The notes: generated by a model not told the origin, from the sequence alone. Positions 28,517 through 38,680 are shown, numbered from the stretch's first letter. The stretch: DNA of 64,000 bases from Candidatus Sumerlaeales bacterium (GCA_038243585.1 JBBSQY010000011.1:16154-80153), one strand, 5' to 3'. Translations and numbers: made by a program.

Positions 28517-31477
28517 CTATTCCGACGCGCGAATGAAACCTTTTCCTTCTGATGTGACTTCTGCGTTTCCTATTACAGAGTCGCCGGACCACACTTCGTA
28601 TTGTCCCGGTGCGGCATCGGCTTCAAGGCCTTCGGCGGTCCACCGAGCACTTGTGGTCTGGCGTGACTGGCGGTTCATCATTATTATTGGCGAGTCGCTC
28701 TGTAAATTTAAAGCAGGGTCGATCGTGAAAATGACCGGCTGAGGGGGCGTCAGGTCCAGCCTTATTGTCGCGGGCTCTTCTCCGGCCTTGATAGCCACAG
28801 AAGCGGCGGCCTTAATTGTATCATTTTCGCTATTGAATTCTGTAGATATGGAATAGGAGTCGGGGGTGAGCCCTTCAAATAAAAAGCCTCCATTTGGGCC
28901 GGTGGTTTCGTTTCTTTGTTCATAGCTGGAATCAGTCTCCGACAATAATTGAACGGCCGCTCCGGGGACGGGCTCGCCCGCTATCTCGACTATTCCTGAC
29001 AAGCTGGCCATGGGCACTGCCGCCAGGTCAACGGTGACGCTCTGCCCCGGAGCGAGTTCAACGTTCAGCGCATAACTGGAAGTGGCCTCGCCGGCTCCCA
29101 TTACGAGGTAATTGCCTGCAGGGAGGCCGGTCATGCTGTATTTCCCGTTGGAGCTGGTTGCCTGGAACTCCGCCTTGTCTCTACCTGCGGATTCCGGGAC
29201 TGCCGTGTTTACTAACGTCACCACTACCGGCTGATTCTCAGCACCTGTGGCCCCGGAGATTGAGCCTGTCGCAGTGGATGAAAGAGAAATGGTTTTTCCC
29301 GTCGCCCGCTCCCCCGCCCAGTCGAAGGACTCGCTTACTATAATCGCGCCGTTTGTGGCGTTTACAGCCACAACGCGGAATTTCCCCTCCTCGCCGATTC
29401 CCGTCTCCAGGGATTCTCCGCCCGTGACTTCTCGCGTAAAGATGGAGTGGCCCATCAGCTGATCTGCGTAGGCACCGATGCCCCATGGCGACATGCGCAC
29501 GACATGCACATTCCAGGCTGTCGACGGAGACGCCTCTACCAATATGACAAGTTTGCCCAATGGCTGCATGGTCAGGATCTTTTCATCGGCGGGTAGCTGC
29601 ACGTTCTGCTCTCTATAATTGGCAAAGGAGGCAGCCTCGGCCACTATTCCAGGCAGCACGTTGGCGGTCAGGTCTTCTGCTTGAAATTTCCCAGTCTCAT
29701 CCGTCTCCAGCTGCAGGGGCCCACCGTCTGACTGAAACAACGTGACCCGGGCAAAGGGTATGGGTGCTCCCTGAGGGTTTAATACCTTTCCGGATATTCG
29801 GTTTCCTGCTTCCCACTGGATATCCGGCAAGGTATTAGACCCGGCAGAAAGAGATACCGGATGGGTGGTGGTTCTTGTTCTTGAGCCGTTGGTAACTGAC
29901 AATATGAAGTCTCCGGTGGGCATGGCCGGGAAGGTATAAGTTCCATCCGGGCGTGGGCTTACGCCAGAAAAGAGAGAAGCTGCAGTTCCTGATGGGTCCA
30001 TACCCAAAGTGAAACCACGAACTCTGGTGGTCTCATCGGTATTGACTAACGTCACTCGTCCTGACGCACTGGCGGCCTGCTCTAACTTGAGGGCTACCGG
30101 AATGCTTGTCTGATCTGTTACCGATACTTTTTCAACACCGGTCGCCAAACCTCCGGATATGCCGTATACGCCGTAAGACCCAGCGCGGTAAACCGGGATT
30201 GTTAAGGTGGCGGACGTCGCCAAACGACGTATTGCTTCTTCACTATCTGAGAGAACCGTCATTGATACCGGTTGGGTGGTTGCCCCGAAATTATCCAATT
30301 GGATCTCAAGCAATCGCTGCCTGCGCACGCGGAGTATCACTCCATTGACGTCGGTGAAGCCATCGGTCGCGTTGTACTCGTTTGCAGCTACGAGCTCGTC
30401 CAAACGCCAGCCATCTGATTCAGGAACAGCGAGCGCGAGTTGCCGCGCCTGGTAAAAAGGGCCCAGGACGAAGGATCCGTCTGTGGATGAAGTAGTCCAG
30501 CGATCATCCAGGCCAATAGAAACTTGATTTGCCGGAGCGCTGGTTTCCACATCTATGGCTGAACCGCGAATGTAGTAACCGGCGCTGACTTCCAGGGAAA
30601 TTGAGGTTTTGTTGTCGTCGGGCATTTCGACAACTTCGACCTCGGCGGAGCGTTCACCGTCCATTATCAGAGGTTCAACGGAAAAGGTCCCTCCTGGCAG
30701 TCCGTCAAACTGGAATTGTCCCGCAGGCCCGGCGCGGCGTACGACGTCGAACCCGTTGCCATTGGCGCGGACAATTGTGCCGGCAAATGCGGCAGGTCTC
30801 GAGCCTTTAGAATACACCTCACCGCCAACAGAAAAGCCGCCCTTGTCCATGGGAACGTTTGCTGTGGCCTGGCCTTCGGAAAGTTCGACGTTACCAATAA
30901 CATACCCTTCGACCTGCACAATAAAGCGGTGCGCGATATCCGGCGCGACTCCTTCAAAGGAGAACGAGCCGTTTTGGTCGGAAGTCGTCCACTGAGGAAC
31001 GACCCTCAGGGCACGCTGGGTCTGGGTATCTATTCCCGCAACCAAGGGTCCGATGTTTGCCCCAGCTATCGGCGCGTTTGTCGCGCGGTCCGTAATTTTT
31101 CCTTTCACTGCGATGCCCGGCTCCAGTGCCAGGCCGATTTTAACGCTTTTGGCAGTTGCGGGATTGATGGCATATTTTGTCATCCGATGCGCGGCGCCCC
31201 ATGCTACCAAGGCGACCGGGCTGGTAGAAGACACGTCAATGCTAAATTCGCCTTTGCTGTTGGTCTGCGTTTTCTCTGCCGGTTCCATTTCAGAAGGTGT
31301 CCAGTAACGACTCTGATCCGGCACGACAATCACATGGGCACCTGCCACCGGCACCTTTTTCGAATCTGTTACCAATCCAGTTAGCGTAGCCTGTTGCGCT
31401 AAGGCTCCATTTAAACCTAAAGCTAAAAGCAATGCGCTCAATGCGATATACCGAATTATCATAGTTAAGCTCCTCAA
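28517..31477 (-). CDS. Giant secreted protein (986 aa) of carboxypeptidase-regulatory-like repeats
   Basis: Signal peptide MIIRYIALSALLLALGLNGALAQ, followed by repeated G.V.D....P..GA.V......G.F.F..L..G.Y modules. Confidence 0.6.
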   Translation of the reverse strand: MRSLTMIIRYIALSALLLALGLNGALAQQATLTGLVTDSKKVPVAGAHVIVVPDQSRYWTPSEMEPAEKTQTNSKGEFSIDVSSTSPVALVAWGAAHRMTKYAINPATAKSVKIGLALEPGIAVKGKITDRATNAPIAGANIGPLVAGIDTQTQRALRVVPQWTTSDQNGSFSFEGVAPDIAHRFIVQVEGYVIGNVELSEGQATANVPMDKGGFSVGGEVYSKGSRPAAFAGTIVRANGNGFDVVRRAGPAGQFQFDGLPGGTFSVEPLIMDGERSAEVEVVEMPDDNKTSISLEVSAGYYIRGSAIDVETSAPANQVSIGLDDRWTTSSTDGSFVLGPFYQARQLALAVPESDGWRLDELVAANEYNATDGFTDVNGVILRVRRQRLLEIQLDNFGATTQPVSMTVLSDSEEAIRRLATSATLTIPVYRAGSYGVYGISGGLATGVEKVSVTDQTSIPVALKLEQAASASGRVTLVNTDETTRVRGFTLGMDPSGTAASLFSGVSPRPDGTYTFPAMPTGDFILSVTNGSRTRTTTHPVSLSAGSNTLPDIQWEAGNRISGKVLNPQGAPIPFARVTLFQSDGGPLQLETDETGKFQAEDLTANVLPGIVAEAASFANYREQNVQLPADEKILTMQPLGKLVILVEASPSTAWNVHVVRMSPWGIGAYADQLMGHSIFTREVTGGESLETGIGEEGKFRVVAVNATNGAIIVSESFDWAGERATGKTISLSSTATGSISGATGAENQPVVVTLVNTAVPESAGRDKAEFQATSSNGKYSMTGLPAGNYLVMGAGEATSSYALNVELAPGQSVTVDLAAVPMASLSGIVEIAGEPVPGAAVQLLSETDSSYEQRNETTGPNGGFLFEGLTPDSYSISTEFNSENDTIKAAASVAIKAGEEPATIRLDLTPPQPVIFTIDPALNLQSDSPIIMMNRQSRQTTSARWTAEGLEADAAPGQYEVWSGDSVIGNAEVTSEGKGFIRASE

Positions 31478-31832
31478 TTATCTACCGAACTAGGTCTGCG
31501 AGTTTTTCAAATGCAAGGGGGGAACTTTACACAGAAGCTGCCATTGCTTAAAAAAAATCACACCTGTCAATTATCCTGTTGCTTTTCGATTTAAGGCCGT
31601 GCACGAAGAGCATTTATATACACGGTGCATTAGGACTGTGCTACCAGTCATAAGTGAGTTAAAATAACAGGCATAATTTTCGCACAAGCTTCAAATTAAT
31701 CAGTACGTTTCACCTGGTAGCTCTCCGCGCGTACGCCGGAATTTAGTTTTAGTCGCAATCCGAGGTTCGTACCGCCCGTCCCACCATTATTTCTTTAACG
31801 CTTAGCCATTCTGTAACGATAGAAAGGATGTG

Positions 31833-31874
31833 TAGCTCTCTTCCTTGGATCCAGCAATGCTGGTGGAAGAGCTA
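31833..31874 (+). promoter_or_regulatory. Nested stem-loop upstream of the first amidase gene
   Basis: The outer 10 bp stem TAGCTCTCTTCC/GGAAGAGCTA encloses an inner perfect palindrome CCAGCA-a-TGCTGG. It lies 65-105 nt upstream of the amidase start. Confidence 0.3.
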
Positions 31875-31938
31875 GACCTGCCATCACTGGATGCAGGAAA
31901 CCGTTCGGCTTTTCGGCCGTATGCTACGTTAGATTGAA

Positions 31939-32976
31939 ATGGAGTTTTTTATAATGGTTCGGCATTTTCGTATTACTCTCATGGCCGCTTTGGCTATTAC
32001 CTGTTCCGCAGGATGGAGCGCCAAAGTTTGCATCGATCCCGGTCACGGCGGATCCGACCCTGGCGCAGTAGGCAGCACGCAGCAGGAAAAAACCAACGCT
32101 TTGAATACTGGTCTGAAATTTCGTGACTGGTTGAACGCTGATACCACGGACGGCGGCGGCGGCGGATCCTGGCAGGTGCTAATGACGCGCACTTCTGACG
32201 TATTCGTATCGTTGACTGCTCGGTCTGACTATGCGAACAACAACGGCGTGGCGCGCTTTATGTCCATCCACAATAACGCCTGCGGATGCGGTGCAAGTGG
32301 CACGGAAACTTATAGCCATACCAGCAACGGCGCTTTAAGCAACGACCTCCGGAATAACATTCAGTCACGTTCGATTCAGGCTTGGGGACTGCCAAACCGG
32401 GGCAATAAACAGGATAACTTTTCTGTGCTACGCGAGACAAATATGCCTGCGACTCTGGCAGAACTTGGTTTTATCGATAATGCCGGTGACCGCGGTTTTC
32501 TGGGCAGTTCTACGCAACAGAACACCATGGGTAAGTACCATATGTTTGCGTTGCAAAATCACTATGGCATTACCGCTTATACCCCTGGAGCAACTCTGCC
32601 AACATATGTGGACGACACTCCGGCAGTAAGCAGTGGCTGGTCTACCGGAACATCAGCAGGCGACAAGTATGGCTCTGATTATAAGTACAAATCAACTGCC
32701 GCTGTTAGTGATCCTGCCACGTGGAGCATCAACGTAGGCACGGCCGGATCTTATAAAATCCAGGCATGGTGGCCTGCAGGCACCAACCGGTCACTTGGCT
32801 CGCCTTTTGTTCTACCTAATGGAGCAACTGTTAACGCGAACCAGCAGATAAATGGTGGCAAGTGGAACACGCTGGGCACTGTTAGCCTGGGCACCGGCAC
32901 CAGAGACACGCAGCTTTCGTGTTGGGCTGCATCCGGCTATATCGTGGTGGCCGACGCCATTCGTTACACGCCTTAA
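31939..32976 (+). CDS. N-acetylmuramoyl-L-alanine amidase (Amidase_3 family) with uncharacterised C-terminal beta domain, copy 1
   Basis: Signal peptide, then the Amidase_3 motifs KVCIDPGHGGSDPGA, ANNNGVARFMSIHNNA and ELGFIDNAGD. The last 130 aa or so (WSTGTSAGDKYG...GGKWNTLGTVSLG...) form an unassigned domain. The likely ATG is 31957, with GGAG 9 nt upstream. Confidence 0.8.
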   Translation: MEFFIMVRHFRITLMAALAITCSAGWSAKVCIDPGHGGSDPGAVGSTQQEKTNALNTGLKFRDWLNADTTDGGGGGSWQVLMTRTSDVFVSLTARSDYANNNGVARFMSIHNNACGCGASGTETYSHTSNGALSNDLRNNIQSRSIQAWGLPNRGNKQDNFSVLRETNMPATLAELGFIDNAGDRGFLGSSTQQNTMGKYHMFALQNHYGITAYTPGATLPTYVDDTPAVSSGWSTGTSAGDKYGSDYKYKSTAAVSDPATWSINVGTAGSYKIQAWWPAGTNRSLGSPFVLPNGATVNANQQINGGKWNTLGTVSLGTGTRDTQLSCWAASGYIVVADAIRYTP

Positions 32977-33010
32977 ATCATATATCATAAGCGAAGAACC
33001 TGTAATTTTC

Positions 33011-33047
33011 ACACCCCGGATTATACAATCCGGGGTGTTTCTTTTTT
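33011..33047 (+). terminator. Rho-independent terminator of amidase copy 1
   Basis: Hairpin caccccgga/tccggggtg followed by TTTCTTTTTT. Confidence 0.7.
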
Positions 33048-33338
33048 GCCAATGGTTGGTCCTCCGGGTAAAGGAGTGAAGGCTTGTAACACTGTCCCAG
33101 TGCAATTAAAAAGGTTGCGTTGTGGATTCGGTCCCTGCGTTTCATTTATTGTTCGCTCGTCAATTAAAAATTATGGCGGCGGAGTGCAGGTCCTCCCTGG
33201 CGGGTGAGCGGCTTGAAATGCAATTATGCGCTTATGTGACTATGCCATAAAAAGATGGTTGACATTGGAAGACCCCACGGGTGGATTTGCGTGAGGTTTA
33301 TTGCTGGTAAGGTTCAAATTTTTTGGAGTGTCTGTTTC

Positions 33339-34340
33339 ATGAAACCCAAACAGTTGGCACTCATTGCCATCGCGGCCGTGGCGGTAGTCGGAATAATCGT
33401 TACGCAGCGAAACTCGTCTTCGACAAAAGTCGTTGCTTCTGCAAAACCTAACCAAAGTAATCAGAGTAAAGCCACAACCGCAGGAGCGGAGAAAAAACCA
33501 GTGCAGGCGGAATTAAAGCCTGAAGTTTTCTTTCTGGACGAAGCGGGTACAGATGCTGCGGCGAAGCGCCCTCGCGCTAATATGCTTCCCAAGGTGAACG
33601 GCACTCGATCTATCGCTAATGTGCGCGCGATTACCAGCCGGGAAGAGGGAGACTTTATGTCGCCGGTCTGGTCTCCGGATGGTCTTGAGCTGATGTTCAG
33701 CAAACCCGGATTCGCGGGCCTTTACACTAAGGGAATTCTGGGCGGCGGAATTACGCAGATTACGGCAAAGGAAAACGTAGGATTTAACGCGAAATGGACG
33801 AAAGACGGAAAAATTGCTACCAAGACCAATGATGGCGACGTCCAGGAGTTCAATCCGGACGGCACTCCGGCTGGAAGTGCTTCTCCAATAAGCGACAGTT
33901 CGGTCACGGGCCCGTTTTCCAGCAATGATACCGTCTTTTATCGAGCAAACCCGGGAGAGGCGCCAACTCCTATAAGCGCGGGAGAGGATCGTTACTATGG
34001 TGGCGTAGTGTCCCCCGATGGAAAGCACATCGCGTATAACGGTTTGGAAACAGGCATTTATGTACGGCCTTTGGATGGATCCGCCGCACCAGTAAATATC
34101 GGTTTTGGAACAAATCCTTCTTTCCTGCCGGACAGTAGCGGAATCGTTTACAGCGTCACACAGGACGACGGCCATAACCTTGTCGCCGGCGATCTCTATT
34201 TATCCACTCTGGATGGAGGTCAGGTTTCAGACCTAACCAACGCTTCGCCTGCCATCGAAACAAAACCTATGGTCAGTCCCGATGGAGGCAGTATTGCTTT
34301 TGAATCCGACGGCGTTATTTTCGTCGGCGATTTCAAGTAA
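33339..34340 (+). CDS. TolB-like PD40 beta-propeller repeat protein, secreted/membrane-anchored
   Basis: The ATG at 33339 has GGAG 11 nt upstream. An N-terminal TM/signal (LALIAIAAVAVVGIIV) is followed by repeated SP.WSPDG / SPDGK..A PD40 motifs. Confidence 0.6.
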   Translation: MKPKQLALIAIAAVAVVGIIVTQRNSSSTKVVASAKPNQSNQSKATTAGAEKKPVQAELKPEVFFLDEAGTDAAAKRPRANMLPKVNGTRSIANVRAITSREEGDFMSPVWSPDGLELMFSKPGFAGLYTKGILGGGITQITAKENVGFNAKWTKDGKIATKTNDGDVQEFNPDGTPAGSASPISDSSVTGPFSSNDTVFYRANPGEAPTPISAGEDRYYGGVVSPDGKHIAYNGLETGIYVRPLDGSAAPVNIGFGTNPSFLPDSSGIVYSVTQDDGHNLVAGDLYLSTLDGGQVSDLTNASPAIETKPMVSPDGGSIAFESDGVIFVGDFK

Positions 34341-34404
34341 ATGGGTTCATTAATTATGGATAGGAGGCGCCTACAGTAATCTTTCAAGAATCCTAATTTC
34401 GCGA

Positions 34405-35499
34405 AAGAGAACACCCGTTATCATTGGATGCGGGAACCAATTCGGAAAGACCGGAATGGAGCTCTTAAATATGTTTCAAAATCACACTCGGATTGCCCTG
34501 GCGGCAACCCTTGCAATTGCTTGCACTACAGGTTATAGTGCAAAAGTTTGTATTGATCCCGGTCACGGTGGGTCAGACCCAGGTGCAGTCGGCGGCGGAC
34601 AATACGAAAAAACCAATGCGCTGAACACAGGATTGAAATTCAGGAACTGGCTGAACGCCGACAGCAGCGACGGCGGCGGCGGCGGATCCTGGCAGGTGCT
34701 GATGACGCGCACATCAGATGTATACGTGTCATTGACGGCTCGGTCCAGCTATGCCAACAACAACGGCGTGGCGCGCTTTATGTCCATCCACAATAACGCA
34801 TGCGGATGCGGCGCAAGCGGTACGGAAACTTTTAGCCATACCAGCAATGGATCTTTAAGCAACGACCTCAGAAACAATATCCAGTCACGTTCGATTCAGG
34901 CTTGGGGGCTCCCAAACCGGGGCAACAAGCAGGCCAACTTCTCTGTGTTGCGCGAGACGAATATGCCTGCAACCCTGGCAGAACTTGGTTTTATCGATAA
35001 TGCTGGTGACCGCGGTTTTCTGGGCAGTTCTACGCAGCAGGATAAAATGGCAAAGTATCATATGTACGCGCTTCAAAATCACTACGGCATAACTGCTTAT
35101 ACTCCTGGATCAACAAGCCTTCCAACGTATGTCGATGGAAGCCCTACGGTGAGCGCAAACTGGGCAACAGGCACATCGGCATCCGACAAGTATGGAACCG
35201 ATTATAAATGGCGCTCCACTGACGCGGTCAGCGACGCAGCTTCGTTCACCATGAATGTTGGAGTAGCGGGATCTTACAAGGTCCAGGCCTGGTGGCCTGC
35301 TGGCAGCAATAGGTCTCCAAGTGCACCGTTTATCCTTCCTAATGGCAGCTCTGTCAGCGCCAATCAACAGGCGAATGGCGGGAAATGGAATACTCTTGGC
35401 ACGGTCAGCCTTGGAACCGGGAACAGAACAACAATGCTATCGTGCTGGACCGGCGCCGGCTATCTGGTTGTGGCAGACGCGGTTCGCTACACACCTTAG
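34405..35499 (+). repeat. Direct segmental duplication (about 1.1 kb) of the region 31890-32976, comprising an amidase gene plus a roughly 50 nt conserved leader
   Basis: The two amidase ORFs and their leaders (tcactggatgcaggaaaccgttcgg versus tcattggatgcgggaaccaattcgg, each followed by aatggag) align visibly. The two terminators have diverged. Confidence 0.75.
34456..35499 (+). CDS. N-acetylmuramoyl-L-alanine amidase (Amidase_3 family) with the same C-terminal beta domain, copy 2
   Basis: About 85% identical to copy 1 across its whole length, with identical catalytic motifs. The likely ATG is 34471. Confidence 0.8.
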   Translation: MELLNMFQNHTRIALAATLAIACTTGYSAKVCIDPGHGGSDPGAVGGGQYEKTNALNTGLKFRNWLNADSSDGGGGGSWQVLMTRTSDVYVSLTARSSYANNNGVARFMSIHNNACGCGASGTETFSHTSNGSLSNDLRNNIQSRSIQAWGLPNRGNKQANFSVLRETNMPATLAELGFIDNAGDRGFLGSSTQQDKMAKYHMYALQNHYGITAYTPGSTSLPTYVDGSPTVSANWATGTSASDKYGTDYKWRSTDAVSDAASFTMNVGVAGSYKVQAWWPAGSNRSPSAPFILPNGSSVSANQQANGGKWNTLGTVSLGTGNRTTMLSCWTGAGYLVVADAVRYTP

Positions 35500-35531
35500 T
35501 ATTAATGTAATATTTACGTGCTCTCTTATGC

Positions 35532-35567
35532 ACCCCCGGGCTCTTTTGCTCCGGGGGTTTTTTGTTT
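35532..35567 (+). terminator. Rho-independent terminator of amidase copy 2
   Basis: Hairpin cccccggg/cccggggg followed by a run of 7 T. Confidence 0.7.
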
Positions 35568-35790
35568 AAATATGGGTGCGAACCATATGAAGAGGTGGCG
35601 GCGGTTGACATGACAGCTTCGAATTCAATCCGCAATAGCACAATCGTGTTCCGCACACAGCGAAAGCGTTGAGGATAGCACCCACATATCGTAATGGTCT
35701 GGGTAAACGCCGGTGAACTGCTCAGGAGCAACACATGTCAGCTTTTGTTTCGTCTTCCTTTTTGCGCGTCTTAGGAATGAGGCCTCGTCA

Positions 35791-35830
35791 TAAAAAAATT
35801 GTCCGTCACCAGATCAGGTGACGGACAAAA
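35791..35830 (-). terminator. Terminator hairpin downstream of the TPR gene (bidirectional)
   Basis: A perfect 12 bp stem (ttgtccgtcacc/ggtgacggacaa, loop agatca), with an A7 run on the plus side that reads as a T7 run on the minus strand. Confidence 0.6.
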
Positions 35831-35974
35831 TTAAAGAAGGCAGATCCGAATTTCACTAAGGCGTCCGTCCACTAACCTGTCTTAGAGAAGTGATGGCTTT
35901 TGGACTTTGTGCTCCGCACTGCAAAAAGACATCATAACTTGAAGATTAAGGAATCCGTTGGGAACCCAATTTGG

Positions 35975-38680
35975 CTAGTGAGCGTGGTTGTCGCCTTCTA
36001 TGTTCAGTTTTTTACCGGTGTCGAGGGGGTTTCCGTCCTTACCAAAATCCAGGTGTATAGCGGGTTTGTTTTCGTGATCATCATGGTCGTCATGATCGTC
36101 TTGACCAGTGGCTGCAGCCGGTTGTTTTTTGTCGCTTTCAACTTTCGCCAGTCCTGCCGCGCCGAGATCGTGGCCGGGACCGTGATCATGATCCACGTGT
36201 GCTGGTCCGTATTCCAGCATGGCGCTTTCCACCAGCATACTGGTCGGAACTTCCATGCGATCAAGACGCATCACTTCGTCTCTTGCGAGCTGTTCGCCTA
36301 TTACGTCTCCTGTCGCGAGTTGTATAAAATCGTTATAAAACTTCCTCGCCTGCTCGATGCGACCTGTTTGAGCGAGAGCGCGTGCCGCATTTAATAGCGC
36401 CCTGGTAGCTGTTCTTTCGAGAGGAAGATCCGCCGCCAGTTTCTGCCATTGATCCACAGCAGGATCGATCTGACCTTCCAAACGGTAGGTCAGCGCCAGG
36501 TTATTTCGGAGAAAGGCCAGGCTTGCCGGCTCTGTCGTTCTACTTATTTCTTCACTCAGAACCCGCCGTGCCTCGTCGAAATCCTTTATTGCAGCGTATG
36601 TGCTTACGATAATATCCGTGGCAGAAACGGCCTCTTCCGGAAACTCCTCCTTCAGTTTATAGAAGAAATGAAGTGCTTCCTGATAAAGTCCGGCCGAAGC
36701 CAGCACACGCCCTTCTTCCAGCAGGAAGACTTCTCGCTCAGGAACGTTTTTATTGTTCAGCATTGTCATCAGAAAGTCCAGATGCTCTTTTCCATTTCCG
36801 TGTTTACGCGCCAGGGCGAGGGCGCTGGAGTGGACTTCGTGAATGTGATACTGGTGGCCGTTCACGCCGTGCTCAATAATTTCACGGTAGAACTTCATGG
36901 CGTCTTCATAGCGCCCGACACGCCCCAGGGCGGCTGCGTAATTCAAACGATACCTCGTGTCGTCCTGCATGGTCAGCGCGCGCTCATACAGCGGAATTGA
37001 GAGTTCCGGATAACCCTGGGTAGCGTATACGTATGCCGCCAGGTGAACTTCCTCTGGCATGGCGTTAGGCCGTTCCGAAAGATATTTCGGGACCTCTACC
37101 GCTTTTTCGGGCTGGTTGAAGAGCCGGTATAGGGCCATAAGTTTCTCATAGGGTTCCGGCGAGTACGGCTTAAGGCGAATGGAGTTCCACAAAGCTTTTG
37201 AAGCAGAGTTGGCGGCTTTTTCCAACTGCTCAAGGGGCGGACTTGTTTCCACATTATCAGAGACCAGGTGCCATGCCTCTGAGGCCAGGCCATTTGCGAG
37301 TTCCCGGGCGGCGTCGGAGTCATTGGGACGAGCTTCTGTGTATCTTGTCAGCGCTTCATACATCCCTCCATGGTTTCCTGTCTGGTTTTCCAGGCCCATA
37401 AGCAACACGTAAGCATTGGCGGCGGTTTCGGTAGAGCTGGAAACTTGCGCTTCCACGGCGGTACGCAGACCTTCCAGATTGTCAGGACTAAAATGGATAA
37501 ACGGCGCAGCGGCAATATCGCGCACTTTTTCGTAAGGAAGTTTTTCAGATAGTCTCAGCAGTTCCGTCACCAGGTCAGCCATTGGTCCAATCGCCCCGAG
37601 ACTTGACAGGTAAAGATTCATTGCTGTCTGCTGTTCACCGTCTTGTAATTCGTTAAAATCCAGAGGCTTCAATATCTCCACGACTTTCGGGAAAGTTTTC
37701 GCACGGAAGTGGTGCTGGGCCAGGTGGAGCCTGATTCGGGTTGCGTCGTTGCTTATCGGCAATAGTTCTTCGTAAAGCGAGATAACCCGCGACGTATCCA
37801 GCGCCACCAGGGTGGCCAGCTCTTCAAGCCATATTGATTTTTGGTTATTGGTCATTGTGGATGAAGTCACAGCTTCCAGAGTTGCCAGCGCGGTTTCGGA
37901 ATCTCCCTTTTTCAGGGAGGAGAGAGCAAATAGCCAGGCCTGGACGGGGGAAGTACTGATGTTCTGCTTGAGCGAGACATGAAAATCTTCGTAGGTGGAT
38001 CCCATGCTCAGGGCGGTGAGTCCCGCCAGCGCCAGCTCTCGAATTTCCGGGTATGTGTAGGTGGATGAGGTTACTACGGTCTCAACAACTTTAGGGATAA
38101 CAGCGGAAAGGCGCTCGGAACCGCCCACAAGCAGAAGCCGTTTAAAAAGATCACGCAGATCGGGTCCACTGAGTTCCGCAGAACCGAGGGCTTTTTCCAG
38201 TTCCAATGCAGCGACCTCCGCCTGGCCGAGTTGCTCCAGCTGGTTGGACAAAAGAAGCGTTCTCTGGTAGACGCTCTGCCCTTGATCAATCGGGGTGCGC
38301 AAGAGCTCCACTGCTTCTGTAGATCTTCCAGCGCTAACATAGGTCCGCGCGCGAACCAAAGGGGGCAGGGCGGCCAATGCTGGATCGTTACTTAATAGCT
38401 CCTCCACCGCAGTCGTTTGAGCCGTTTTGCTAAGGAACCGCGCGTATGCAGGAAAACCAGTATCAGGACAACATTGGATCAACTGACGATATATGGCGTC
38501 CGCGCCGGCTTTATCGCCGGACGCCGTGAGGGTGTATGCCTGGGCCAGAAGCGGTTCCGCTTCTCCCCCACCGACAGATTGGGACACAGCTGCGGCGGCA
38601 GGGTATACCCCTGAGCCGATTGTCAAAACCAGTCCGCCTTGCACAATCCATTTTGTGTAATTCAGCGTAATTTTAAACAT
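35975..38680 (-). CDS. Large tetratricopeptide-repeat (TPR) protein with a His/Asp-rich C-terminal tail
   Basis: 901 aa. The N-terminal signal is followed by recurring TPR-like pairs (A..YA.AL...G.Y..A...Y). The C-terminus is HVDHDHGPGHDL...DDHDDHDDHENK...GDNHAH. Confidence 0.6.
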   Translation of the reverse strand: MFKITLNYTKWIVQGGLVLTIGSGVYPAAAAVSQSVGGGEAEPLLAQAYTLTASGDKAGADAIYRQLIQCCPDTGFPAYARFLSKTAQTTAVEELLSNDPALAALPPLVRARTYVSAGRSTEAVELLRTPIDQGQSVYQRTLLLSNQLEQLGQAEVAALELEKALGSAELSGPDLRDLFKRLLLVGGSERLSAVIPKVVETVVTSSTYTYPEIRELALAGLTALSMGSTYEDFHVSLKQNISTSPVQAWLFALSSLKKGDSETALATLEAVTSSTMTNNQKSIWLEELATLVALDTSRVISLYEELLPISNDATRIRLHLAQHHFRAKTFPKVVEILKPLDFNELQDGEQQTAMNLYLSSLGAIGPMADLVTELLRLSEKLPYEKVRDIAAAPFIHFSPDNLEGLRTAVEAQVSSSTETAANAYVLLMGLENQTGNHGGMYEALTRYTEARPNDSDAARELANGLASEAWHLVSDNVETSPPLEQLEKAANSASKALWNSIRLKPYSPEPYEKLMALYRLFNQPEKAVEVPKYLSERPNAMPEEVHLAAYVYATQGYPELSIPLYERALTMQDDTRYRLNYAAALGRVGRYEDAMKFYREIIEHGVNGHQYHIHEVHSSALALARKHGNGKEHLDFLMTMLNNKNVPEREVFLLEEGRVLASAGLYQEALHFFYKLKEEFPEEAVSATDIIVSTYAAIKDFDEARRVLSEEISRTTEPASLAFLRNNLALTYRLEGQIDPAVDQWQKLAADLPLERTATRALLNAARALAQTGRIEQARKFYNDFIQLATGDVIGEQLARDEVMRLDRMEVPTSMLVESAMLEYGPAHVDHDHGPGHDLGAAGLAKVESDKKQPAAATGQDDHDDHDDHENKPAIHLDFGKDGNPLDTGKKLNIEGDNHAH

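Noticed and set aside
32150-32170. GGC-repeat tract (ggcggcggcggcggatcc) in both amidase genes as a possible contingency locus
   Set aside because: It encodes a conserved Gly5 linker in frame in both copies. It is too short (5 units) and is identical in both paralogs, so it is not evidently phase-variable.
35900-36394. 164 aa plus-strand ORF at the 3' end of the TPR gene
   Set aside because: It is antisense to the His/Asp-rich tail of the TPR protein. Its apparent hydrophobic segments merely mirror the sense-strand composition.
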